Assembly: GCA_965248575.1 (NCBI GenBank)
Contig: CBDFJQ010000002.1
Coordinates: 2,336,001-2,400,000 of the forward strand
Direction: 5' to 3'
Length of the DNA stretch: 64,000 bases
From: Planctomycetota bacterium
Lineage (GTDB): Bacteria; Planctomycetota; B15-G4
Shown here: positions 18,762-28,009 of the stretch, piece after piece
Position numbering within the stretch: position 1 is the stretch's first letter
Layout of the letters: the number at the start of each line of letters is the position of its first letter
Notes under the pieces: generated by a model
Databases searched by the model: none
What the model was told of the DNA's origin: nothing
What the model saw: the letters and a program-made list of their open reading frames with translations, nothing else
Made by a program: the position numbers and the translations under genes

Positions 18762-21704
18762 ATGCGATCCATGCTCCTTGCCCTGACCGCTCTCGCAATT
18801 CTCGCTCTCTTGGGTGTCGTCTACAGCCTGCTGAACGACGACAGCTCAAGCCCCTCGCACGACTCGACAGTGCGCCCTCCTTCGCCGGAGACATCCGCCC
18901 CCTCCGCTCTACCCGTTGGCAGGGATAGCGGAGCGAACGCGAGTCAGACGGAACCAACGCAGTTGCAAGCCCCCGCCTCGACGGGCACCACGGCCGCCGC
19001 GCATGGAACGATCTCAGGGATTGCGGTCGACACCCGCGGCGACCCAATCGCAAACGTCGAGGTCTTCCTGCTCGCGGGAAGCCAGGCCGTGCAGAGCTTC
19101 CTCCGGTCGACACAAATCTGCTCCAGCTCAAGCGCTGGCGACCCGTACCCAGACCCAGATCGGGGCAAGAGGCTCGCCGCCCAGTCCGTCACATCGTCCG
19201 ATGGTCTGTTCGTCGTGTCCCCCACTCCGCTCCAAACGCTGGCCAAGGGTGGTCTGCTTGCCTTGCGAAGCCTCCGTCACAGGCCCAGCTTCATCGACAT
19301 CCCGGCGACTCGTTCCAACGACCAGCTGCGCTTGGGGCAGCTAGTCATGGAAAGCGGGGCGCTCACCACGGGCCGACTGCTCGGCGCCGATGGGGCCCCC
19401 GTCGAGGGCGCACGGGTTGAATACCTACTTGATGAGTTCACGCGGCAGGCCGTCGCCCGAGGCGGGGCCTCTCGCCGCACCGCAATGGAGAGTTCACTCG
19501 TCACGAAGAGTTGCGCCGACGGCAGCTTTCAGCTTCTGCTGCCACAGGGGCGCTTGGCAAACCTGCGCATCGACCACGAGCTGTGGACGCCGCTGGAGAT
19601 CCGGGATCTGGAGACGAAATCTCAAGAGCTGGATCTCGGGGAGCTGCGCATGGAGCGCGGTGGTGAGATCCTCGGATTGCTCGTGAACGACCGGCAGGAA
19701 CCTCTCCCAGCGCGTTGGGTCTATGTCGAACTCTCAGAGCCCAGCGCACCCGCTCGCCAGGGGCGAGCGCTGCTAAGTCCGCGCCAACGGTCCGTGGTTT
19801 CCACCGATGAAATGGGCGCCTTTCATTTCACGGGCCTCGGGGAGGGGTGGGTCAGTCTCCATGCCCGGGGCGAGCGAACCGCGTGGGCGCGCCTCCCGCA
19901 GGTCCAGATCGGAAACCGCGAGGTTCTGCTCGTGGCACCCGAGGCCTCCGTTCGCATCGTCACCGTGCGAGACAGCTCATCGGGAGACCCGATCCCGTCC
20001 GTCAACCTGAGCGTGAGCCCGCCCGCGGAGGCACCCACATGGCCCTCTGACGAAGCCCAGTTCCGGGTCAGCTCCGGTAAGGCTGCCGGTCTGGAGCCCG
20101 GACAACATCGCGTGGACGGCCTGGATGTCGATGGCGCCCGCGTTCACCTCACCGCGGAAGGCTATGAGCAACGGACCGTCGACGTGGAAGGCTCGGCACC
20201 TGGCACCCTGCGCGAGCTGGACGTCCTGCTTGCAAAGCAACTCTCCATCTCGGGTCGGGTGATTCAGCCAGACGGACAGCCCGTCGCGGAGGTCCTCGTC
20301 CAGGCCAACAGCCCCCTCGGTACAGGGCAACGTGCTGAATCGGACGCAAGCGGTTCCTTCACCTTGACGGGACTAAGTGAAGGCACGTGGCAGGTGTGGC
20401 CCACATCCGATGATCACCTGGGCATCGGGCACTTCACGCTTCCCCTGCGGGGCACGAGCGTGGAGAACTTGCTGATCATCCTCGTTCCTACGGCGACGCT
20501 GACGGGTACGGTGAAGTCCGTCAAGAGCGAAGCGATTCCGGCAGGCAAGGTGGAAGCCCTGCTCGTGGAGGAACGCTGGACGGCGTCACTGAAACGCTAT
20601 GGCGACGGCGCAGCAGCCTCCAAGAAGTCCAAGGACTTCCTCAGCACCGCCTTCGGGTCCGCCGTAACTGACGAGGCAGCTGAGTATGAACTCACCGGCC
20701 TCGCTCCTGGCGACTATCTCGTGACAGCGGTTCCAACCGGAACCTCCTCGGCACGAAGCACCTTGGTGGCTGCCCGTGAGTCGGACGAACTTCCAGACGG
20801 CGTGGTGGCGGTCAGCGTCACGGCAGGCGACACGAAGTCCATCAACCTCCGACTGCCCTCACCGGCCACCCTGTCCGGGCGCATCACGGTCGCGGGCCGC
20901 GGCGCAGCCGAGGCATCCATTGCCCTGATGTCCTGGTCCCAGGGACGCTGGATCTCCCTCGCTCAAACGCTCTCGGATGAGGACGGCCGCTATCGCTTGG
21001 AAAACCTGCCTCACGGCAAGGCGACCCTCGTGGCCTTCGCAAAGAGTGTTCCGGTCCCCGCTCTTGTGGGCGTCGAACTCGACTCCCATGGGGCGAGCAA
21101 GGACGTGAACCTGACGGGTGCGACCCTTCACGTCTCCCTCGTCGACGACGCCACCGGCCAACCGGCGACGGGAGCTCGGATTGCTCTCGGCGGCCAACCC
21201 GAGGTTCCTCCTCAAACAGTGAACGACGGCGACCTCCGAATGCTGTTTCGGGCCTTCTGGGCCACGGCGCAGACGGCGTTCCGCCAGGAGGTCGATGGAC
21301 GAGGCGAGTTGGAACTGATGCACATTGCTCCTGGAAGCTACACAGTCACGGCGAGCGGTGAGCGCTGGTTACCTTCAAGCGGGGTGCCTGTTCTCGTCGA
21401 GACGGGGGCGCAGCCTGAGCCCGTTGTCATCCGGCTGCGCGCTGGCGCGGCCGTGCGCGGTCAGGTCGAAGGCGAACCCGTCGCCCCAGGCGGCCGCCTG
21501 GTCGCCGAGCTCCTCAACCCCGAAGGGGTAGGCATCGTGAAGTGGGCGAACGTCGACAACGGCAGCTTCCTGATCGAAGGACTCTCCGCTGGCAGCTACC
21601 GCCTGCAGATCCGCGACCTGTCTTCTGGCGGGGGCGTGCGGAAGGAAACGGACATCCAGCTGGCTGCCGGACGCTCGGAGGAGCTGCACCTGCGCCTGGA
21701 TTGA
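18762..21704 (+). CDS. Membrane-anchored carboxypeptidase regulatory-like repeat protein
   Basis: N-terminal TM segment; multiple GxVxxxDGxPV...SDxxGxF units. Confidence 0.8.
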   Translation: MRSMLLALTALAILALLGVVYSLLNDDSSSPSHDSTVRPPSPETSAPSALPVGRDSGANASQTEPTQLQAPASTGTTAAAHGTISGIAVDTRGDPIANVEVFLLAGSQAVQSFLRSTQICSSSSAGDPYPDPDRGKRLAAQSVTSSDGLFVVSPTPLQTLAKGGLLALRSLRHRPSFIDIPATRSNDQLRLGQLVMESGALTTGRLLGADGAPVEGARVEYLLDEFTRQAVARGGASRRTAMESSLVTKSCADGSFQLLLPQGRLANLRIDHELWTPLEIRDLETKSQELDLGELRMERGGEILGLLVNDRQEPLPARWVYVELSEPSAPARQGRALLSPRQRSVVSTDEMGAFHFTGLGEGWVSLHARGERTAWARLPQVQIGNREVLLVAPEASVRIVTVRDSSSGDPIPSVNLSVSPPAEAPTWPSDEAQFRVSSGKAAGLEPGQHRVDGLDVDGARVHLTAEGYEQRTVDVEGSAPGTLRELDVLLAKQLSISGRVIQPDGQPVAEVLVQANSPLGTGQRAESDASGSFTLTGLSEGTWQVWPTSDDHLGIGHFTLPLRGTSVENLLIILVPTATLTGTVKSVKSEAIPAGKVEALLVEERWTASLKRYGDGAAASKKSKDFLSTAFGSAVTDEAAEYELTGLAPGDYLVTAVPTGTSSARSTLVAARESDELPDGVVAVSVTAGDTKSINLRLPSPATLSGRITVAGRGAAEASIALMSWSQGRWISLAQTLSDEDGRYRLENLPHGKATLVAFAKSVPVPALVGVELDSHGASKDVNLTGATLHVSLVDDATGQPATGARIALGGQPEVPPQTVNDGDLRMLFRAFWATAQTAFRQEVDGRGELELMHIAPGSYTVTASGERWLPSSGVPVLVETGAQPEPVVIRLRAGAAVRGQVEGEPVAPGGRLVAELLNPEGVGIVKWANVDNGSFLIEGLSAGSYRLQIRDLSSGGGVRKETDIQLAAGRSEELHLRLD

Positions 21705-21722
21705 GAGTTGACCGCCTGGGTC

Positions 21723-23129
21723 TCAGACGTCGTCGTCGAGATCCAGCCGCGCCGCCACATTGAAGCCGCCGGTGTCGAAGCTGTTGCCGCCCAGGTCGAG
21801 CGCGCTGCCGCTGCCGTCGTCGCCAGTGCCGGCCACGTCCGGGCCCAGGCCGCGACCGTTGCCCTTGCATGTGTTGCCGGCCATGAGCGTGCCGTCGCCA
21901 TTGTTGTCGATGCCCTCGTGCGTATTCTTGGAGCACACATTGTCCACCAGCAGAATGCCCCCGGTCTTGCGCTCGATGTCGATGCCATCCCCCCCGTTCT
22001 TCTTGCAGGAGTTGTCGCGCACCTCATCCTTGTGAGCGTGCCAGATAACGATGCCGTCGTGGCCGTTGCCTTCGCATTCGTTGTCCTCGACGACGTTGGG
22101 GAACGCTGGGCCGTAGCGGCAGATGAAGGGGCCATCCAGGCGGATGCCCTCGGCACCGTTGTCGCAGGCACGGTTGCCGCGCACCACCGATTGGATGAAG
22201 TGTTCGTCATCCTCATCGCCTAGCAGCAGTCCGATCTCGGTGTTGTCGCTGCAGTCGTTCTTGAGCACCGAGAAGTCAGCACCCAGGGCAGCCAGGCCCC
22301 GTGCGTTCTTGCGCAACTTGTTGCGCTCGATCGTCGCCACCACCCCGGTCTGGTTTTCCACGCTCATGCCGACGCCGACGACGCCTTCCACGCGGTTCTT
22401 GCTGAGCAGGGAGGGCAGCGGCCCACCACCCTCCGCAAAGTCCACCTCGAGTTCGAGGAAGATGCCGTCGAAACAGAAGCGCACCCTGTTCCGCTCGACC
22501 AGGATGGACACGGCCTCCATCACCATTGCCGGGCCCTGCACGCCCTCGACCGTGTTGCGAGACACCACGGCATGCTCATCGCTGATCGAATCCAGGATGA
22601 TGCCAGCGACGTCGCAACCCTGGATCGTGTTGCTCGTGATCGTGACTTCATTCGCCGTGATGTCCACGCCGACTCGACACGTAGCCATGACACACTTCGT
22701 GAGCAGCAGACGATCTGGGCGCGCGAACCCCTCTTCGTCATCATCCAGACCGTCGGCCTCCTGGTCTGCAACGCCGAAGGTTCCGTTGATGAAAGTGAAT
22801 CCCGAAACGCTCAGATCGGCAGCTTGCACGAGCAGGCACGGGCCAGCGAACTCGGCGTCAATGATTGCCTTCTTGCCCACGAGGCTGATGCCAGCGGTCG
22901 TGACGTTGACCTGCTCGAGGTAGTGACCCTTGCCGACGGAGACCACGTCGCCGCTGGCCGCATCGTCCACGGCCGATTGGATGGTCGGGTAGGAAGCGCT
23001 CGGGACCTTGAGCGTCTCGGCCAGACAGGGCGTCGCGCACAGCGCGAGCAGGACGCCGGCCAAGGTCAGCGTACGGAGGGTCCCCCTCAGAGAGTTGGGG
23101 GTCACGCACGATAGGCGGTTGCGGATCAT
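21723..23129 (-). CDS. Secreted right-handed parallel beta-helix (pectin lyase-fold/NosD-like) protein
   Basis: Signal peptide; VPSASYPTIQSAVDDAASGDVV; repeated NxCxxNGxDGI rungs. Confidence 0.85.
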   Translation of the reverse strand: MIRNRLSCVTPNSLRGTLRTLTLAGVLLALCATPCLAETLKVPSASYPTIQSAVDDAASGDVVSVGKGHYLEQVNVTTAGISLVGKKAIIDAEFAGPCLLVQAADLSVSGFTFINGTFGVADQEADGLDDDEEGFARPDRLLLTKCVMATCRVGVDITANEVTITSNTIQGCDVAGIILDSISDEHAVVSRNTVEGVQGPAMVMEAVSILVERNRVRFCFDGIFLELEVDFAEGGGPLPSLLSKNRVEGVVGVGMSVENQTGVVATIERNKLRKNARGLAALGADFSVLKNDCSDNTEIGLLLGDEDDEHFIQSVVRGNRACDNGAEGIRLDGPFICRYGPAFPNVVEDNECEGNGHDGIVIWHAHKDEVRDNSCKKNGGDGIDIERKTGGILLVDNVCSKNTHEGIDNNGDGTLMAGNTCKGNGRGLGPDVAGTGDDGSGSALDLGGNSFDTGGFNVAARLDLDDDV

Positions 23130-23315
23130 TCGGATCTCCTGGAATTCAGTCGTGGGGCGTCCCTCGGCCCCTGTGGACAGGCTCGCCGTCCGATGTGCAC
23201 CAGACTATCGCAATCGAATGCCGCCTGAATCCAATCGAGCCCCCCTGGCTTGGGAGGATCACCTGCACCGGATACGCTCGCGCCACCCTGGCTGCCTCTT
23301 CAAGAGAACATCTTC

Positions 23316-23867
23316 ATGCCCACGACTTCCTGGCGCTGGCCCCTGCTGGCCGTCTGCCTGCTCGCTCCTGGTCTCACGCTCGGCTGCCTCAGCGCGCGCC
23401 CAACGCACCCCGGTCCAAGCGCCGGGGAGCGCGCCCCCATCGCAGCCATGCTGGAAGATCTCTACGCAACCTTCTGCTTCGACGCGGATGACCAAGCGGA
23501 TTGGGAGGGCATGCGGGCGCACTTCGCGGACGGAGCGTCCTTCGTCGCGCCCATTCCAGCGGGCGGCGTACCGAAGGCCGTGGATGCGCAGCAGTTCATC
23601 GCAGACTTCCAGAACTGGATCGCCACGAGCGAGGTGGGCAACACCGGCCTGCACGAACGCATCGTGCACCTGCGCATCGACGTGTTTGGCTCTGTGGCCC
23701 ACGCCTTCGTCACCTTCGAAGGCTTCGTGCCACCGGACCCCAGCGCCACCACCCGCGGCCTCGACAGCATTCAGCTGGTGAAGTCGGGCACACGCTGGCT
23801 GCTGGCGTCCTTCAGCACGCAGTACGAGTCCGAGGGGTCCAAACTGCCGCAGCGCTTCTTGCGCTGA
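23316..23867 (+). CDS. NTF2/SnoaL-like (lipo)protein
   Basis: Signal with possible lipobox LTLGC; ERIVHLRIDVFGSVAHAF...RGLDSIQLVK...W pattern. Confidence 0.7.
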   Translation: MPTTSWRWPLLAVCLLAPGLTLGCLSARPTHPGPSAGERAPIAAMLEDLYATFCFDADDQADWEGMRAHFADGASFVAPIPAGGVPKAVDAQQFIADFQNWIATSEVGNTGLHERIVHLRIDVFGSVAHAFVTFEGFVPPDPSATTRGLDSIQLVKSGTRWLLASFSTQYESEGSKLPQRFLR

Positions 23868-23978
23868 TCTGGGGCTGCGGCCCAGCCGCCCGGCTCGCGA
23901 GGGTCTGGTAGCCTGACGGGGAGCTCTGTTCTGCTGCTCCGCCCGCTTCCGATCGGCGAGCCCCCCTCGGACACCAGC

Positions 23979-24977
23979 ATGACAACCCGCCTCGCCGTCC
24001 CCGCCCTCTTCCTCTGCCTGCTGGGGGTGCTGGTGGTGCGCACCGCCGACGCCGGCGAACTCGGCTTGGGCGCCCTGGTGAACAAGGCCCAAATCCGCGC
24101 GCTCAAGAAGCACGCGCCGCCCAAGGACCTCGGCAGCTGGCCGACCCAGTGGATCAACGGCGTGGACTGCCACACCGAACCGGCCCTGCAGGTGCACGCC
24201 TACAACGAAGACACCTACATCATCCGGCAGTCCAAGTGCGACACCTACGAAGCACCCTTCATGTACCTGCTGTTCGGCGAGGACAAGGCGCTGCTCATGG
24301 ACACCGGCGCCTACGGCCTCTCCCCCGTCAAGGCGCAGGTCGACGAGATCATCGCCAACTGGTTGGCCATGAAGGGCCAGGCCAGCATCGACCTGATCGT
24401 CGCCCACACGCACGGACACTTCGACCATGTGCAATCGGACAACCAGTTCAAGGACAACCCCTCGGTGAGCCAGTTCGTGGGCATCAACCTGGGCCAGGTC
24501 ACGGAGTTCTGGGACTTCAACGACTACCCAGCGGACCAGCCGACCTTCGACCTGGGCGGGCGCGTGGTCGACGTGCTGGGCACACCCGGCCACCACCCCG
24601 TGAGCGTCTCGCTCTACGACCGCAACACGCAGATCCTGTGGAGCGGCGACATCGTCTACCCAGGGCACCTCTTCGTGTTCAGCCAGGCGGAGTGGTTCGA
24701 CTTCAAGGACAGCCTCGAACGCATGGTGAGCTTCGCCGCCGAGCATCCGGTGAGCTGGGTCGTGGGCTGCCACGTGGAGACGAGCAACACGCCCTTTGCT
24801 CCTTACGCCTACACAACACTGGTGCAGCCGGATGAACACCCGCTGCAGTTCAAGCCGGACATCCTGGTGGACGTGCTCGAGGCCGCCCAGGGAATGGGCG
24901 ATGAACCCTCGTGCACCATCTTCGATCGCTTCGTGATCCACCCCGTCTATCTGTGCGGCATCACCTGGAACGGATAG
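23979..24977 (+). CDS. Secreted MBL-fold metallo-hydrolase
   Basis: LLMDTG, HTHGHFDH, TPGH, WSGD and GCH motifs; signal peptide. Confidence 0.9.
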   Translation: MTTRLAVPALFLCLLGVLVVRTADAGELGLGALVNKAQIRALKKHAPPKDLGSWPTQWINGVDCHTEPALQVHAYNEDTYIIRQSKCDTYEAPFMYLLFGEDKALLMDTGAYGLSPVKAQVDEIIANWLAMKGQASIDLIVAHTHGHFDHVQSDNQFKDNPSVSQFVGINLGQVTEFWDFNDYPADQPTFDLGGRVVDVLGTPGHHPVSVSLYDRNTQILWSGDIVYPGHLFVFSQAEWFDFKDSLERMVSFAAEHPVSWVVGCHVETSNTPFAPYAYTTLVQPDEHPLQFKPDILVDVLEAAQGMGDEPSCTIFDRFVIHPVYLCGITWNG

Positions 24978-24996
24978 GGCAAGCCAAGCCTTGATC

Positions 24997-26097
24997 ATGT
25001 CTGCCTTCGGGCCTCTGCTTCTGCTGGCCCTGTTGTGGCACCCGGACTCGCTCAGCGAAACGCTGATCGAGGTGCGCCAGCAGGAAGCGCGACTCAGCAT
25101 GCGCTTGCAAGTGCTCTCGCTGCTCGAGGTCATCGACGGCCTCGACGCAGACGCGGACGGCGAGGTCACGACGTCCGAGGTGACCGCCAAGCAGGCGGAG
25201 ATCATGGCCTACGTCCACGAGCATTACGGCGTGTGGACGGGCACGGACCGGGACCTGGAAGGCGGGTTACCGCTCGCTCCCCTGCCCATGCGGCTCTGGC
25301 ACACACCCCGCCGCGAGGGCGATGGCTACCGCAAGGGCTCGGTGGGGCTCGAGATCCTCTTCAAGCACGACCAGCCCATTCGCGACCTCATGGTGGAGAG
25401 CAGCCTGTTCCTCACCACCAGCCCCGCGCACATCGACCTGGTGACGCTGCAGTGGGGCGAGCAGCTGGGCAGCACCTTCTCTCTCAGCGGAGCCGAGCCC
25501 CGCGCCCGCTTCGACCCTTCGGGACGGGGTGCGTTCGGCGCCTTCCTGGGCCTCGGCTTTGGTCACATCCTCGGGGGCTGGGATCACCTGGCCTTCGTCG
25601 CGGCGCTCGTACTCGCGTCGCGGCGTCTGCGCTCGCTGCTCGGTGTGGTCACCGCCTTCACGGTGGCTCACTCCATCACCCTGGCGCTCGCAGCGCTCAA
25701 GGTCGTGAACCTGTACGCCTACGCCGGCTTCATCGAAGCGCTGATCGCCCTCTCCATCGCCTATGTCGCGGCGGATGCCTGTCTCCACCCCCGCAACAAG
25801 AGAGTGCGCTGGTTGGAGGCTGGCGGCTTTGGCCTCGTCCACGGCCTGGGCTTCGCAGGCTTCCTCGGGCAGTCGCTGGTGCGGGAGCAAGCGCGCGGCA
25901 CGGCGCTGTTCGCCTTCAATGTCGGAGTCGAACTGGGACAGGTGCTCGTGGTGCTGGGCCTGGTCGCCGTCCTGGCCCTGATCCCGCGACGCGCGGAGCC
26001 GGAGGAGGAGCGCTTCCTGGCACCCTTGATGCTCCGCCGCGTGGGCTCAGCGGCCATCGCCGTGCTGGGCCTGTTCTGGTTCGTGCAGCGGCTCTAG
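24997..26097 (+). CDS. HupE/UreJ family membrane protein with N-terminal soluble domain
   Basis: GFGHILGGWDHLAF, TAFTVAHSITL, FGLVHGLGFA, FNVGVELGQ. Confidence 0.9.
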   Translation: MSAFGPLLLLALLWHPDSLSETLIEVRQQEARLSMRLQVLSLLEVIDGLDADADGEVTTSEVTAKQAEIMAYVHEHYGVWTGTDRDLEGGLPLAPLPMRLWHTPRREGDGYRKGSVGLEILFKHDQPIRDLMVESSLFLTTSPAHIDLVTLQWGEQLGSTFSLSGAEPRARFDPSGRGAFGAFLGLGFGHILGGWDHLAFVAALVLASRRLRSLLGVVTAFTVAHSITLALAALKVVNLYAYAGFIEALIALSIAYVAADACLHPRNKRVRWLEAGGFGLVHGLGFAGFLGQSLVREQARGTALFAFNVGVELGQVLVVLGLVAVLALIPRRAEPEEERFLAPLMLRRVGSAAIAVLGLFWFVQRL

Positions 26098-27809
26098 TCG
26101 GGCGCGTCGCGGGTGTAGACGACCTCGCCCCCGATGATGGTGGAGAGAACCTGCGTGTCCAGGATCTGCTCTTCGGGACAGGTGAGGATGTTCTGCGAGA
26201 GGACCGTGATGTCGGCCAACTTGCCGGGCGTGAGGCTTCCCTTGAGATGCTCCTCGAAGGCTGCGTAGGCATTGGCCAGGGTGTAAGAGTGCAAGGCTTC
26301 CAAGCGGGACATGCGCTGCGCTGGGTAGAAGCGCGAGCCGTCAACCAGGGTGCGCGACACGCTGGAATGGAAACTCGCGATGGGGTTGATGTCCTCCACC
26401 GGCACATCCGTCCCGTTGGTCACGACGGCCCCGCTGTCTAGCAGTTCACGCCAGACATAGGCCCCCTGCTCCGCCCGCTGCGCACCGAGCCGAGGTTCGA
26501 TCCACGGGCCATCCGACGTGCAGTGCACGCCTTGCATGGAGGCGATGGCCCCCACCTCGACGAAACGCGGGATGTCCGCCAGGGACAGGTGCTGTGCGTG
26601 TTCCACGCGCCAGCGCAGCTCGCCCCCTCGACCGGCCCCAGGTGCGCCCTCCTGCTGCGCGAAGCTCCGCTCGAAGAGGTCCAGGGTCTCACGATTGGCC
26701 CGGTCGCCGATGGCATGGACGCACAGTTGCAGATCGTGCGCCAACGCGAGCTGCGCAGACTCCTCGATGGTGGGCACCGGTGTCGTGGCCAGGCCCGAAC
26801 TCGACGGCAAGTCCGCGTAGGGCTCCAGCAACCAAGCACCGTGCGAGCCGAGCGCTCCATCGATGGAGTGTTTGATGGCGCGCACCGTCAGGTGTTCATC
26901 GGCATGCCCCACCACGCGCACGCCGGGCAGTCGTTCGCGGAGTCGCTCATTGCTGTCCCGAATCATCACCCACAAGCGAACCTTGAGCGCGCCCTCGTCT
27001 ACCAGTTCCCTCAAGGCGTCCACCACCTCGAGTGAGGAACCCGCATCCTGGAAACTCGTGATGCCATTGGAAACCGCCTCGCGATCCGCAAGCACGGCGA
27101 GCCGAGCCATGTCGGGCTCCGGTGCGTCCTTCGCAGCCTTCCAGAGCAAGCGCTGGGCCGTCTCGCGGAACATGCCGATCGCGTGCCCCTCCCGGCCGCG
27201 CACGATCTCGCCGCCGTCAGGGTCCGCTGTGCTGCTGTTGATGCCCGCCAGCTCCATGGCCTTGGCATTGGCGAAGCTCGCATGCCCGCTGGCGTGCGTC
27301 AGGACCACGGGGTTGTCCGGCGACAGCGCACTCAGGGCGTTGTGGACCGGAAGCCCTTGCACCTGAGGTTGCGGCACATCGCTCCACTTCTCTTGGTGCC
27401 AGCCCCGTCCCCGGATCAACTCCCCGGGCTCGGCACGTGCCACGGCGCCTTCCACCATCGAGAGGATCTGTCCCCAGCTGGTGCTGCCAAGCAACTCCAA
27501 CTGTGTCTTTGTGTCGCCCATTCCCAGGAAGTGCCCGTGCCCTTCAATGAAACCGGGAATCGCGAAGGCTCCTTTCAAGTCGACGACTTCGGTGCCATCG
27601 CGCCGGTGCTTGGCCAGCTCCTCGGCCGTGCCCAGGGCCAGGATGCGACCGTCCCGAACAGCCACGGCCTCGGCCTGCGGCGTCTCGTTGTCCAGGGTGA
27701 AGAAAGCCCCGTTGACGAAGATCACGTCGGCGGCGGGCGCAGAGGGCACCTCCAGCGCAGCGCAGGAAAGACACACAACAACCCAAGACAGCACGAACGG
27801 AAACCTCAA
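26094..27809 (-). CDS. Amidohydrolase-3 family (YtcJ-like) protein
   Basis: PGFIEGHGH, DGALGSHGA, HAIGDRA, RVEHAQ, GTDVPVE, GKLADITVL; TTG start. Confidence 0.92.
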   Translation of the reverse strand: MRFPFVLSWVVVCLSCAALEVPSAPAADVIFVNGAFFTLDNETPQAEAVAVRDGRILALGTAEELAKHRRDGTEVVDLKGAFAIPGFIEGHGHFLGMGDTKTQLELLGSTSWGQILSMVEGAVARAEPGELIRGRGWHQEKWSDVPQPQVQGLPVHNALSALSPDNPVVLTHASGHASFANAKAMELAGINSSTADPDGGEIVRGREGHAIGMFRETAQRLLWKAAKDAPEPDMARLAVLADREAVSNGITSFQDAGSSLEVVDALRELVDEGALKVRLWVMIRDSNERLRERLPGVRVVGHADEHLTVRAIKHSIDGALGSHGAWLLEPYADLPSSSGLATTPVPTIEESAQLALAHDLQLCVHAIGDRANRETLDLFERSFAQQEGAPGAGRGGELRWRVEHAQHLSLADIPRFVEVGAIASMQGVHCTSDGPWIEPRLGAQRAEQGAYVWRELLDSGAVVTNGTDVPVEDINPIASFHSSVSRTLVDGSRFYPAQRMSRLEALHSYTLANAYAAFEEHLKGSLTPGKLADITVLSQNILTCPEEQILDTQVLSTIIGGEVVYTRDAPD

Positions 27810-28009
27810 GACGGACCTCTCGGTAGGGATTCAAAGAAACGGCCGAAGCCGACCCATTGGGCGGCATCGCACGGAGTCTAGCAACGAGCGCTCCCACGAC
27901 CGTTGATGCTACGCTCACCCTCCGGGGATCGAGAGCGGCTTCGCCTGGGCGAAGCACGAACATCGGGAGTTCCGTCCCCTGAAAAGTCCTTCTTCAGGAG
28001 TCCCAGAGA

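Noticed and set aside
11790..21720. Kinase/ECF cassette as a mobile element or prophage
   Set aside because: No integrase, transposase, tRNA target or flanking direct repeats were seen; the compositional difference is only an impression.
23259..25205. 648-aa minus-strand ORF
   Set aside because: Overlaps three well-supported plus-strand genes, so it is a shadow ORF.
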